Shown: one piece after another, positions 32,769-42,856 of the stretch
Layout: each line of letters starts with the position of its first letter
Position numbering within the stretch: the stretch's first letter is position 1
Origin: a virus
Lineage: Duplodnaviria; Caudoviricetes
Direction: 5' to 3' (one strand)
IMG/VR virus record: IMGVR_UViG_3300037420_002072
Coordinates: 1 to 43,408 of that record
DNA length: 43,408 nt
Notes under the pieces: model-generated
Database searches by the model: none
What the model was told of the DNA's origin: nothing
What the model saw: only the letters and a program-made list of their open reading frames with translations
Translations under genes and position numbers: made by a program

Positions 32769-33550
32769 AACCCGGCCTGCTCCAAAAATTCAGCGAAGCG
32801 TTCTTCTCGCGCGAAGTGCGAAAGGCGATGCCGACCGATTTGTCCTCGGCCGAGCTGGAGCAATTGCCGGCTGACGTGATGGAGCGCGCGGTAGTGAGCG
32901 CGAAAACGTTGAGCACCCAATACCTGGACGCCGCCGAAACGCAGATCCGCGACATTTTGAATCCGCGCAGCGAAACGCGCGTGAATCGGGAAGGCGTCAG
33001 TGAAGTTTTTACTCAAGGCACGAATAAGTCCTCGGCGCGGTTCGAACTCAAAAAAGTTTGGGAAGCATTGGGCTATGAAGCGCCGGAGGGAAAAGAGGGA
33101 ACGATCGAAGACCTTAGCTCGGATGCGCGCATTGACCTGGTGATTCAAACCAATGTGGACATGGCGCGCGGCTACGGGCAGTGGCGGCAGGGGCAGGATG
33201 AAGACGTTTTGGATTTGTGGCCGTGCCAGGAATTGTATCGCGCCGAGGAGCGCGAAAAGAAGCGGGACTGGATCACGCGCTGGAAAAACGCGGCTGCGGT
33301 GACGGGTGATTATAGCGCGCTGAAGGCGTTGCCGGACGGAAGGATGATCGCGCGCAAGGATTCGCCGATCTGGGTGGAGTTAAGCCGATTTCACACGCCT
33401 TATCCGCCGTTTGATTTTAATTCGGGCATGTGGGTGCGCGACGTCGATCGCGAAACGGCCGTCAAGTTTGGAATCGTCGGCGAGTGGGACCGTATCACGC
33501 CGCAACGGCGCGGCTTTGAACTCGGTGGAGACGAAAGGCAGGCGGCGTAA
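32765..33550 (+). CDS. Head morphogenesis protein (Mu gp30/F-like)
   Basis: RIDLVIQTNVDMARGYGQW, RKDSPIW, YPPFDFNSGM. Confidence 0.8.
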   Translation: MKPGLLQKFSEAFFSREVRKAMPTDLSSAELEQLPADVMERAVVSAKTLSTQYLDAAETQIRDILNPRSETRVNREGVSEVFTQGTNKSSARFELKKVWEALGYEAPEGKEGTIEDLSSDARIDLVIQTNVDMARGYGQWRQGQDEDVLDLWPCQELYRAEEREKKRDWITRWKNAAAVTGDYSALKALPDGRMIARKDSPIWVELSRFHTPYPPFDFNSGMWVRDVDRETAVKFGIVGEWDRITPQRRGFELGGDERQAA

Positions 33551-34206
33551 TGGCGCTCACGATCGACATCGAGTTTAACGGCCTGCAGGAAACTGCCGGC
33601 GATCTGCAGTCGCGCCTGGAAGCGATGAAGGGCAAGCGGCTGAACGTGCAGATTGGCAGAGGGGTTGCAAACCTGTTTCAGGAGCATTTATTTCGGTTGA
33701 ACAACGAGCGTCGAAACCAGTTCGACGCGCCGAAGACGAATTTTTATGCGGACGCCGCCAAGGCCACACATTCGGCAGGAACGGAAACCGAAGCGACGGT
33801 CACGATTTCGCAACAGGGGATTCGACAACGGTTGTTTGGCGGAACAATTCGACCAAACGCGGGCAAGAAATATTTGACCATCCCGGCGCGCGCCGAGGCA
33901 TACGCGCGTAGAGCTGGAGAATTTCACGATTTGCATTTCGTGAAACTGAAAAACGGCAACGCGATGCTTGTCGCCGGCGAGGTGACGGGCGTTAGCAAAA
34001 AGTTGAACAAAGATGGGTCGCTGCGCACACGCGCCGGCATGGAGGAAGGCGTTGTGATGTTCTGGCTGGTGCCGAGCGTGACGCAACAAAGCGACCGCAC
34101 CGTTTTGCCAACGGACAAACAGATCAACGACGCGATTCGCAAGGTCGTCGATGAGGCGTGGAAACGGAGTGCGAGCCGCACTGGCACGGAGGGCGCGCCG
34201 TTATGA
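33550..34206 (+). CDS. Virion morphogenesis protein (Mu gp31/G-like)
   Basis: FGGTIRP..KKYLTIP motif; follows the gp30-like gene. Confidence 0.7.
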   Translation: MALTIDIEFNGLQETAGDLQSRLEAMKGKRLNVQIGRGVANLFQEHLFRLNNERRNQFDAPKTNFYADAAKATHSAGTETEATVTISQQGIRQRLFGGTIRPNAGKKYLTIPARAEAYARRAGEFHDLHFVKLKNGNAMLVAGEVTGVSKKLNKDGSLRTRAGMEEGVVMFWLVPSVTQQSDRTVLPTDKQINDAIRKVVDEAWKRSASRTGTEGAPL

Positions 34207-34922
34207 ATGATTCATTTCTCGATGACATGCAGAATGAATTGGTCGCGCTGTGCCAGGCGGACGAAGTGCTTGGGCTGGTGCCGATCCTGCACGAGCGATT
34301 GGGCGACATCAACGCGGAGATTGAAAAGAGCCTTGGGCTCGTCAAACAAGTGTCCGGCAAACTTGGCGCGTGCGTCATCCTGCAACAACCGATGGCGGAC
34401 GATCGAGGCTCAGCCGCGCCGGGCGGATTGCTTCAAGTGGTCTGGACGTTTTTGGTTTTGGAAGACCCGCTTCTGAATGACAGCGCGAACGGGCATCAAA
34501 TTCGCGCGTTGAAACTTTGCCGGCGTTTGGTGCGGGTCGTGAAGCTTTATGCGGCCGGAGGGATGGCGACGACGATGCTGGCCGACCCGAAGACCATTGT
34601 GCCGATCGCGAACCCGATCGCGCCGATTGCCTACCAGGTGACGTTTCGCTGCACAGAAACAAGCGGCGGAACAATGCAGAAGGTGATTCAGCCGACGATT
34701 GCGCCGAACGGCGGCGTTACGCCTCAGCTCGTGACCTTGTCGAGCGGGACGGCCGGCGCGGCGATTTATTACACGCTCGATGGATCGCATCCCTGGAGCG
34801 GAAACCCGACCGCGTTTCTTTATGCGGCGCCATTCAATGTGAATGCGGCCGCGACTTTGCGCGCGCGCGCATTCAAGGCCGGCTACGTGGGCAGCGACAC
34901 AACGGCGGCGGATTTCACCTGA
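34203..34922 (+). CDS. Tail-completion-like protein fused to a C-terminal Ig-like (CHB_HEX_C/Fn3-associated) domain
   Basis: PTIAPNGG..VTLSS.T.GAAIYYTLDGS.P...Y.APF....TLRARAFK.G; precedes the tail tube. Confidence 0.7.
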   Translation: MNDSFLDDMQNELVALCQADEVLGLVPILHERLGDINAEIEKSLGLVKQVSGKLGACVILQQPMADDRGSAAPGGLLQVVWTFLVLEDPLLNDSANGHQIRALKLCRRLVRVVKLYAAGGMATTMLADPKTIVPIANPIAPIAYQVTFRCTETSGGTMQKVIQPTIAPNGGVTPQLVTLSSGTAGAAIYYTLDGSHPWSGNPTAFLYAAPFNVNAAATLRARAFKAGYVGSDTTAADFT

Positions 34923-34955
34923 TTTTTAATCGAACCAAACTGAGAAAGGAAATTT

Positions 34956-35879
34956 ATGGATAGAACACTGATTGATGCGGAGCCAGCGATCGTGACACAC
35001 GACGGCGGCGTGTATGTCTTCGATGAAGGCGGCGTGACTGTGACGGTGCAGGATAGTGTGAAGCCGACGCCGACTTCGCTCGTGCTGAACGCCGGCGACA
35101 CTCAAGACGACGCGATCGTGAAGATCACCGGGAAGCCGTGCGGTGAATGGGAGAATCTGGCGAAGCTTTGGCCTTACGCATCGTTCCGGCGCGGGCAGAA
35201 CATTTTTTCGACCGACAAACCGTTGACTGTTCACACCACGAGCGGCCGCAAATTGACAGTGGCTTCGGCGGCGCTTACGAAGTCGCCGGACATCGACGGT
35301 TCGCCGGATAAACCGTTGCTTGGGTCGGTGGAATGGACCGGCGTGCGGCTGAACAACACGCCCTGGTCAACAGCCGGCAGCCTTTACAGCGAAGCAGCCG
35401 TCGCGTTCGTAGATTGGTCGGCGTTCGATCAGACGCAGATTTTAAAGGTGGCTTTCGCTGCTGCCTGGGGCGCGCTGGCAGCGCCGTGGAACGGAATCGT
35501 GACGATGGATGGATGGGCTATCAGTTTTGGGCTGCAGCTCAAATATGTGATGGACGCCGCGATCGGAACGGTGCAGGCGTTTTACGTCGGAGAAACTGTC
35601 GTGGCAAAATGCCGATCGTTGAACGTGACGATGGCTGACATCATCGCAATTCACGAAATCCAGGGCGGCACCGCTCGTCGCGGCAAACGCATCGCGACCG
35701 GAAATAACCTCGTGCTGACAGGCGCGGGCGGCTCTCCGGTGATCACACTCACGAGCGCGGCGTTGCGCAGTCCAGGATTTCGCTTCGGCAATGAAGAAAT
35801 CCGCATCGGCGAGATTGGATTCGAAGCGCAGCGGACCTTTACGACGGGCCAACCGCAACCGCTCTACACGCTGGCATAA
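34956..35879 (+). CDS. Probable major tail tube protein
   Basis: Strong RBS (GAAAGGA), beta-rich 307 aa, position in the tail module. Confidence 0.55.
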   Translation: MDRTLIDAEPAIVTHDGGVYVFDEGGVTVTVQDSVKPTPTSLVLNAGDTQDDAIVKITGKPCGEWENLAKLWPYASFRRGQNIFSTDKPLTVHTTSGRKLTVASAALTKSPDIDGSPDKPLLGSVEWTGVRLNNTPWSTAGSLYSEAAVAFVDWSAFDQTQILKVAFAAAWGALAAPWNGIVTMDGWAISFGLQLKYVMDAAIGTVQAFYVGETVVAKCRSLNVTMADIIAIHEIQGGTARRGKRIATGNNLVLTGAGGSPVITLTSAALRSPGFRFGNEEIRIGEIGFEAQRTFTTGQPQPLYTLA

Positions 35880-35920
35880 CCAGAACGGCCGCCGCAGTCG
35901 CAACCTGAACTTGAACGCAC

Positions 35921-36316
35921 GTGGTCGTCAGATTTGGCAAAACTGTTTTAGCCGACCTGGAAGAGGGCATCTTCTGCGATCGAATCATTTTCGACGCGCA
36001 GAGCATCGTCGACGTCCAGGATTATCCCGACGCGCTAGACGTTGAAATCTTCGCGCGCGGGAACATCTCGAAGCGGATCGGCTTCACGGCTGAGCGCGAA
36101 CATGAAGACGAAAACGTGGCTGAATTATTTCAGGCCACGCATGACGAGGACATTCTCGGCAAGAACGACACGCTGTTTATCGGCGGTTCGTTCGGCGGCT
36201 GGGAGCGGTTCTACAAAATGGCGGCTTGCACGCGATGTTCAACGACGTCGGAAGGCTGCCGGACTTACACCACATATGAGTTCGTCGCCGGCGTGGCGGC
36301 CAAAAAACAAAACTAA
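35921..36316 (+). CDS. Tail-region hypothetical protein
   Basis: GTG start; tight coupling to the next gene. Confidence 0.6.
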   Translation: MVVRFGKTVLADLEEGIFCDRIIFDAQSIVDVQDYPDALDVEIFARGNISKRIGFTAEREHEDENVAELFQATHDEDILGKNDTLFIGGSFGGWERFYKMAACTRCSTTSEGCRTYTTYEFVAGVAAKKQN

Positions 36317-36318
36317 CC

Positions 36319-37209
36319 ATGCAACTTTCCAGAGAGCGGATACGGATCAAGTTCGACCAGCAGAGTGAACGCGGCGCAAAAGACACGATCACCGGAAACA
36401 ATCCAACGGCCTGGCGCGGAACCGACATGCAGTTCGAACTGCTTTTCTCCGTCACGATCGGAGATGGCGAAGACGCGGTGAACAATGTTTTGGACATCTC
36501 GAACTTTGCCACTGTTGAACTCACCGTGAAGGACGCGGCGGATCGCGGCGGGCCAACTTTAATGCAGCGAGCGATTGGCGCGGATCAGTTGCATTTCAAT
36601 GTTGCGGCCAAAGATTGGGACAGCGGCAGCGACCAGCATTGCATCATTACATTCTCGGCCGCAGAGACACGCCTTGAAATGGGCAATCTCACGACGAAGA
36701 CATTTTTCCTCGTGGTGCGGGTCACAACCAACGACGGCAACACATTCACGTTGGGCTTTGCCGATTTCAAACTTCTCAGCGACGGCATCAGCGGCGAAGC
36801 GACGACGCCGGCGATGGGCGGGACGATCATTCCGCTTGGCCAAACGTATTCCGGCGCCGGCGCATTCGTTCTGAACGTCGTTCAAAACAACGTTTACTAT
36901 TATTTCAAAGGCGCGAATGACACTGACCTGGTCAATGGCACTGAGACGCTGAACGCCACTGGATATTTCACCGCGCAGGGCGGGACGGTGACGCTGCATG
37001 GGACGAATAGCACATTGATCACTGCGCTTGTGCGCTGGCCGCTATTTCCCACTTGGGAGCAAGTTAACGCGCTCGTCGCGGGAATGTTGAAGGCAGTCAA
37101 TGCGCCCGGAATGTTGCTTGGGCTGGTCAGCCCAGACGGAACCAAAATGCGGTTGCTTGGCGTTGGCAACGATGGTTTGCCGGTCGATGAGCCGCGCGAT
37201 CTCTCTTAA
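36319..37209 (+). CDS. Baseplate upper/fibre-attachment-like protein
   Basis: RGTDMQFELL..., ITFSAAET BppU-like N-terminus; LVSPDGTK.RLLGV.NDG C-terminus. Confidence 0.55.
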   Translation: MQLSRERIRIKFDQQSERGAKDTITGNNPTAWRGTDMQFELLFSVTIGDGEDAVNNVLDISNFATVELTVKDAADRGGPTLMQRAIGADQLHFNVAAKDWDSGSDQHCIITFSAAETRLEMGNLTTKTFFLVVRVTTNDGNTFTLGFADFKLLSDGISGEATTPAMGGTIIPLGQTYSGAGAFVLNVVQNNVYYYFKGANDTDLVNGTETLNATGYFTAQGGTVTLHGTNSTLITALVRWPLFPTWEQVNALVAGMLKAVNAPGMLLGLVSPDGTKMRLLGVGNDGLPVDEPRDLS

Positions 37210-37222
37210 CGAAAGACACTTT

Positions 37223-39085
37223 ATGAAAAGACTTCGGAAAATCATCTGCAGTGCGGTTGCAATCGCGATGCTCAGCATCTGCCAGGCGGCCCAAACAGTG
37301 CGGATCGGCATCGTCAACTTCACGGGCGTGCCTGTGGATGGCGACAAAATCACGATCAACGGCGTTGATCGAACGTTTAAAACAAGCGTCACCGCGCCAT
37401 CGACGCAGGTGGCAATTGGAGTCAGCGCACTCGCGACGGCCGGGAATTATTGGAATCAACTTGGAAGCTATCCATACACCGACATTTCGGCGCACCAAAG
37501 CGGAGCGACTGTTTTCCTGATCGGAAAGCAGGACGCGGCTTTGACAACGTCGTTCGTGGGAAGTTGGGGCACGGTCACGGTGACAAACGTTACGCTGACC
37601 AATTACACCGCGCTGCTTCCATTTTCCGCCTATCCAACCGCGATGCGCGCAACGATGGGAAATTTACTCGTCGATGCGATTTCAACCTATCCTTCGCAGA
37701 AGATTCCATCGACCGCGACGGCACTGGGAAATTTCCTGTCGCTGGATCAACCGACGATCGTATTTGGCGCAAACACTTACTCGAACTTGAATCAGATTTT
37801 CTGGGGCGGCACGTTGACCAATCTCGCAGGAACGAACCTGACTGGGCTCGATGTGAACAAACTCTGGGTCAAACAATACGCTTATTTCACAGGAGGACTG
37901 GAGGTTACAAACTTTGCGCCATCGGTGCGATTTTATGACACCGCTGGCGCGGCTGATAAAAAGCGAACCTGGCTGTCTGTCGATTCGACCGGATGGAATG
38001 TGTGGTTTTACAACGACGCGCTTTCCGCGGCCTCCAATGTTTTTTCCATTGATCGCAATTCGACCTATGGCGCGCTGGACGCGAACTTTCGCACACGGCT
38101 GAAGGCGGACTATATCTACGACACGCCTTTGTCGAACACCTTCACTACGAACATCGCTTTGATGCATGCATTCGCAACGTTGGTGCAAAACCCAATGTTT
38201 TATGGGCAAGCGTTCATCTCCAATTCGGCGCCGAACCTAACATTTTTGGAGACCGATGCGGGAAGTAACCTGAAGCAATTCCAATATCGCAGCGAGGCCG
38301 GCGTGCTGACGCTTTACATGGCAAGCGATGCCGGTGCGGTCGCGAGCAACCAAAAGGTGTGGTCGATCGAACGGCCGGGCCTATCGCAGTTCACCGCGGA
38401 TTCGCGTTTCCACATTTTCAGCCCGGTGCAATTCGACGGGTCTGTTTTGTTCGCATCGAGCGACATTGATCTGAACGGGACGTTAAGCGTCAACCAAGGC
38501 TTGTTATCGGGACCGACTGCTACAAGTTCAACCATGCCGGGCGGGCAGGATAATGGCCTATACGCGTTGGACGGGAACGGACCGATCAGCGACCCGCTAA
38601 CCGGTTGGAGCATTTGGAGTGACAATGGCGAGTTCAAATATCAAACGTCGGGCGCGAATGAAGGCGCCGGACAAGAGAATCACGTTCACAATCGAACAGC
38701 ATCTGTCTTCGGGTCAGGAACCGACTATCCTTTGACAACTTCGACGGCCTTCATTGATTTTGGCACCACCGATCCAAAGATTACGCTGCCGACGACGGGG
38801 ACTTATTTGATTTTCGCTGACGTGGCGTTCACGACTGGAACAACCGCAAATGACGATTATCGATTCAAGCTTCGCAACGAGACGACTTCGACTGATCTGA
38901 GCGGTTCGGATTATTTGACCACACAGTTCGGGACAACGGCGGTCGCGACCATGGCGCATTTGCAAGCGACGGTTACGACAACGACGATCAATAACGTCAT
39001 TGCGATTTGGGGCTTTAACAATACAGCGGCGCGCGGGACAGTTAATTCGGCGCGCACACGCATCAGCTACGTTCGGCTTTACTGA
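37223..39085 (+). CDS. Tail fibre-like protein with a signal peptide
   Basis: MKRLRKIICSAVAIAMLSICQA-A; repeated APSVRFYDT/APNLTFLETD modules; C-terminal ITLPTTGTYLI...ISYVRL beta-sandwich. Confidence 0.75.
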   Translation: MKRLRKIICSAVAIAMLSICQAAQTVRIGIVNFTGVPVDGDKITINGVDRTFKTSVTAPSTQVAIGVSALATAGNYWNQLGSYPYTDISAHQSGATVFLIGKQDAALTTSFVGSWGTVTVTNVTLTNYTALLPFSAYPTAMRATMGNLLVDAISTYPSQKIPSTATALGNFLSLDQPTIVFGANTYSNLNQIFWGGTLTNLAGTNLTGLDVNKLWVKQYAYFTGGLEVTNFAPSVRFYDTAGAADKKRTWLSVDSTGWNVWFYNDALSAASNVFSIDRNSTYGALDANFRTRLKADYIYDTPLSNTFTTNIALMHAFATLVQNPMFYGQAFISNSAPNLTFLETDAGSNLKQFQYRSEAGVLTLYMASDAGAVASNQKVWSIERPGLSQFTADSRFHIFSPVQFDGSVLFASSDIDLNGTLSVNQGLLSGPTATSSTMPGGQDNGLYALDGNGPISDPLTGWSIWSDNGEFKYQTSGANEGAGQENHVHNRTASVFGSGTDYPLTTSTAFIDFGTTDPKITLPTTGTYLIFADVAFTTGTTANDDYRFKLRNETTSTDLSGSDYLTTQFGTTAVATMAHLQATVTTTTINNVIAIWGFNNTAARGTVNSARTRISYVRLY

Positions 39086-39087
39086 GT

Positions 39088-41064
39088 ATGGGCGCCGGAG
39101 ATCAGGACCTGGTTTATAGAATTCGCACCGAGAGCGATTTAAAAGCGTTCGAGGCTGCGAAGAACGCGCTCAAGGAACAGAAAAAAGCATACGAAGAACT
39201 AGGCAAATCAACGGCCGAAGTGGATCGGCAATTGAAGCGCGTCGAAGCGACCTTGGAAAGCCAGGCGGGAAAAAGCCTGAAGGTTGCGGAGGGATGGAAT
39301 AAGGCGATCGAGAAAATCCGCGCGGCCGGAGGCAACGTCGACGCAATGGTCGCCGAGAGAAATGCGGTCCTGCAGCAAGGCGGTTTAAAAACGCCTGGCC
39401 GATTCGCCGAGGCGTTCAGCGCATATCGCGGAGCTGGCGGTGGGCTCGAAGGCATTAAAGAGGCTGCCGGCGTTTTTGGAAAAGGGCCTCTCGCGATCGC
39501 CGCCGCTGGTGTCGCCGGTGTTGAAGCTGGTAAGAAGGCCCTGGAGGAATACGCCATCGCCGAGGAACGCGTGGCCAAGCTCGATGCCGCGATGGAGCAG
39601 CATGGCCTTTTGAGCGATGAAAACCGCGCCAAGTTTCAAGAGTTGGCAGCGAGCATGGAAAGGCTCACGACTATTGGGAAGGGTGATTGGGTAAGCGTCA
39701 TCCAGCGGCTCATTCAATTCGGAGCAAACAGCGCCAACATGGATAAAGCCGTTGACGGCGTAAAGAATCTCGCTGGCATCATGGACGGCGACCTGCAATC
39801 GGCTGCGCTCGCGGTCGGTAAAGCGCTCAGTGGGAATTTTGAAGCCTTCAGTCGGTTGGGAATCCAGATCGACGAGCACATGACGCAGGCTCAAAAACTC
39901 GACAGGTTATGGCAAGAGCTGGCATCGCGCGGAGGCGGTCAGTTGGAGGCGCAGACAGATACGCTTACGGGGTCCTTCCGGCGATTAAAGACTGGTGTTG
40001 GCGACCTTCTAGAAACGGTGGGCGGCCACTTGGCGAAATATCTTTATTTAAAGGATGCGCTATACGGCCTCGGCACAACGCTTTCTTACCTGGCCGAGAA
40101 ACTTTCGCTGCCAATCGCAAAATCAGATCAATTAAAGAAAACAGTTGGGGACCTGGCGGGTGGTCTTCATTCCGCTGAGGCGGCGAATCAAATGTTCGCC
40201 GAAAGTATGGACAAATCGAAAAAGTCCATCGATAGCGCTGCGAAGTCATTAGCGGACTATTTGGCAAAACTGACGGAGAAAGCGAACCTAGACAAGGCGG
40301 AGATCGATTCAAAATTCAACCGCGATACAGCGTTCATCGACAAGCAACTTAAGGAGGGAAAAATCACACCAGTGCAGGCCGCGCTCGCAAAATCACAACT
40401 CGAAGAGGATAAGGAAAAAACAAAATCAGTCATTGATAAAGATGTTCGCGAGCGCGCGATCAGCGGCCTCGACGCGCAGATCGCTCAGAGCCAATCCGAA
40501 TATCAGGCAAAGCAAAAAGAGGCCGAAAAGGCGGCCGCCAAGCTTAGAATTCTGAAGGTTGAGCAGAAGAACAGCCCGGATTTGGATTTGGCCGAGAGAA
40601 TTAGTGCGGCCGAGCGGGAAGCTGAAGAGAAGAAAAAAGAGGCTGCTGAAACAGGCAAAACGGTTGGTGAAGCGAACGAAGATCGCATTCGCCAAAAGCG
40701 AGCGCTCGAAGACGCGCAGAGGTCAGCGGATCGCATCTTTGAATATGACTCCGCAGCCAGGCGCGCAAAGTCTGGAATATCGGTCCAGGATGCGGGCGGC
40801 GGCTCTTTGCCGGGAGTTACAGGTATTTCCGATCAAGAATTCATCAAGCACATTCCAAGAACACAGGGCGATGCGGAACGGCTTGAATCGAACTTGAAAA
40901 GCGCGCTCGGCTTCTACGATGCCGTGGCTAAGACCGTTGGCAGGGCCGCGAACGCAACTGAGGCCCAAAGAAAAGCCATGGAGAACGCACTCGCGCGGAT
41001 GAAAGATTTGGATCACAAGCTGGAACTTCTGGAGTCTCAAATTGCCCGAATGCCATCACGATGA
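39088..41064 (+). CDS. Tape measure protein
   Basis: Ala-rich helical protein; DLQSAALAVGKALSG...RLGI, TLTGSFRRLK motifs. Confidence 0.85.
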   Translation: MGAGDQDLVYRIRTESDLKAFEAAKNALKEQKKAYEELGKSTAEVDRQLKRVEATLESQAGKSLKVAEGWNKAIEKIRAAGGNVDAMVAERNAVLQQGGLKTPGRFAEAFSAYRGAGGGLEGIKEAAGVFGKGPLAIAAAGVAGVEAGKKALEEYAIAEERVAKLDAAMEQHGLLSDENRAKFQELAASMERLTTIGKGDWVSVIQRLIQFGANSANMDKAVDGVKNLAGIMDGDLQSAALAVGKALSGNFEAFSRLGIQIDEHMTQAQKLDRLWQELASRGGGQLEAQTDTLTGSFRRLKTGVGDLLETVGGHLAKYLYLKDALYGLGTTLSYLAEKLSLPIAKSDQLKKTVGDLAGGLHSAEAANQMFAESMDKSKKSIDSAAKSLADYLAKLTEKANLDKAEIDSKFNRDTAFIDKQLKEGKITPVQAALAKSQLEEDKEKTKSVIDKDVRERAISGLDAQIAQSQSEYQAKQKEAEKAAAKLRILKVEQKNSPDLDLAERISAAEREAEEKKKEAAETGKTVGEANEDRIRQKRALEDAQRSADRIFEYDSAARRAKSGISVQDAGGGSLPGVTGISDQEFIKHIPRTQGDAERLESNLKSALGFYDAVAKTVGRAANATEAQRKAMENALARMKDLDHKLELLESQIARMPSR

Positions 41065-42854
41065 GTCTTTGGTCACTGCAATATAAAGGGGAGAAGAAAA
41101 CGCTTCGCGAATGGGGCGTCAACCGGGTGCGCCGGAATCGTGTGAGCCAGGGGATTGATACGGTTCAATTCAATCAACCAGTCCTGGACATGTTGGCTGA
41201 CCAGCAATTTGCAGAGGGCGAAATCATCGAAATCTTTCGCGAGGAAGAACGCTGGTTTTATGGCCGCGTCGAAGACGCCGCGCGTTCGAAAGCGGGACGC
41301 ACGGCTGTGATGAACTACACGGTGAGTGGCCCGTGGTGGTGGCTTGAGAATATGGGCTTCCGGCAGCACTGGAAAATAAAGCCGGATTTAACAAAGCCGG
41401 ATTTAATCGACCAATTCAACAGCTACGTGCTGCTTGGCACAAAGGTCGATGGCACGCTCCAGACGTTGGGAGACCAGATTGCAGAGGCTCTGCAATACGC
41501 AATCGATCAAGGCGCTCCTCTTTCTTTTGACCTAAATAAAAAGGACAGCGCCTCATCGCTGCCGGCGATCTTCCCACCTGTTCGTGATGTTTGGAATGCG
41601 CCGGTCGCCGACGTCGTGCGAAAAATGATCGAATGGTGCCCAGACATCGTTACTTGGTTCGATTATGCAGCAACTCCCTTTCCGAAACTTCATCTGCGCC
41701 GGCGCGCTGATCAGGACGCTGCCTTGGTAGACCTTTTTGACGAGAAACTTATTGCGGAGTGTAGCGTCAAAGCGCGCAACGATCGCAAGGTTCCAGGCGT
41801 GATTATTTATTACATCACGACCGACTCGGAAAATGGGCAGGTCTACAGCGTCATCAACGAGGACAAATATCCAGCAGAGACGACGGGTCGCGAACCGAAG
41901 GCTTTGCTGGCTGCTATCAATTTGGAAGGGTCGCAGACCACATACGCGCAGGCAGCTATTGAGTGCATTCCGATCGCTGCAGCGTCGGCCGACTGGTGGA
42001 AACTGCATCGTCCCGAACTGCAAAGTGAATCAATCCAGAACCTCACAATCGACCCTGCAATCTCTTTCGTGGATGAAAATGGAGATGCAGTTGTCCCTCT
42101 GCCAAATGAATTAATCGGTCAGTGGGCGCCTTGGATGGGCGGAAACGCGATACCGCTAACCGTCAAAGCGCTGGCCTCTTATGAAGAGCATCTCAACGGC
42201 GAGCCGATTCATACGGTCTCAAAGCGAGAAATTTTTGTATCAATCACGTCGACGAATCTTGTGACTGGAGTTTATCGATCGACGCCCGGTGGAACGCCGG
42301 CCGAAGCTCAGCCTGTTGGACTCGCGCAGGAATTATACAAGGCGGCCGGTGAGCTCCATTTTGACGGCCGGGTTGTTGTGAAGGAGGCCGCATGTTCGGA
42401 TAAAATCCCGCTTGGGTCTGTGCTGAATTTGAAGAGCGGCCGGCCAGAATGGGAGACGATGCGCGCGCAGGTTCAAACCGTCTCCGAGGACATCGACACT
42501 GGCGCCACGACGGTGACATTCGGTCCACCAAAGCAACTGGGCCCCGATGATTACATTGAGCTTCTGCGCGCGACGAGGAATCGCTTTCGATGGGCGGCGC
42601 CCAGTGCCCGCGCCACTGGCATCACGGGCGGCTCTTCTGCGATTCTCGGGCAGACGTTTCCAAAGCAGGTGCCGGCATCAAATCTTGGCGGGATTACCCA
42701 ACAAACGTGGATCGATCCCACGAAGACCCTTCCGGGTTCAGTCAGCATCAATCTTGCAGTGGTGAACGGCAAACATGTGATGCTCCGCGAGATCACCATT
42801 TGCGATAACGGCGTTGAAAAGAAAATGATCGTTCTGGCCTCAGAAATTTATTGA
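41061..42854 (+). CDS. Tail hub/tip protein
   Basis: WFYGRV, YTVSGPWWWLE, VQTVSEDIDTGATTVTFGPP; follows the tape measure. Confidence 0.7.
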   Translation: MSLWSLQYKGEKKTLREWGVNRVRRNRVSQGIDTVQFNQPVLDMLADQQFAEGEIIEIFREEERWFYGRVEDAARSKAGRTAVMNYTVSGPWWWLENMGFRQHWKIKPDLTKPDLIDQFNSYVLLGTKVDGTLQTLGDQIAEALQYAIDQGAPLSFDLNKKDSASSLPAIFPPVRDVWNAPVADVVRKMIEWCPDIVTWFDYAATPFPKLHLRRRADQDAALVDLFDEKLIAECSVKARNDRKVPGVIIYYITTDSENGQVYSVINEDKYPAETTGREPKALLAAINLEGSQTTYAQAAIECIPIAAASADWWKLHRPELQSESIQNLTIDPAISFVDENGDAVVPLPNELIGQWAPWMGGNAIPLTVKALASYEEHLNGEPIHTVSKREIFVSITSTNLVTGVYRSTPGGTPAEAQPVGLAQELYKAAGELHFDGRVVVKEAACSDKIPLGSVLNLKSGRPEWETMRAQVQTVSEDIDTGATTVTFGPPKQLGPDDYIELLRATRNRFRWAAPSARATGITGGSSAILGQTFPKQVPASNLGGITQQTWIDPTKTLPGSVSINLAVVNGKHVMLREITICDNGVEKKMIVLASEIY

Positions 42855-42856
42855 GC

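Noticed and set aside
35880-36316. Tail assembly chaperone with a programmed frameshift
   Set aside because: No convincing slippery site with a downstream extension, and the gene is not adjacent to the tape measure
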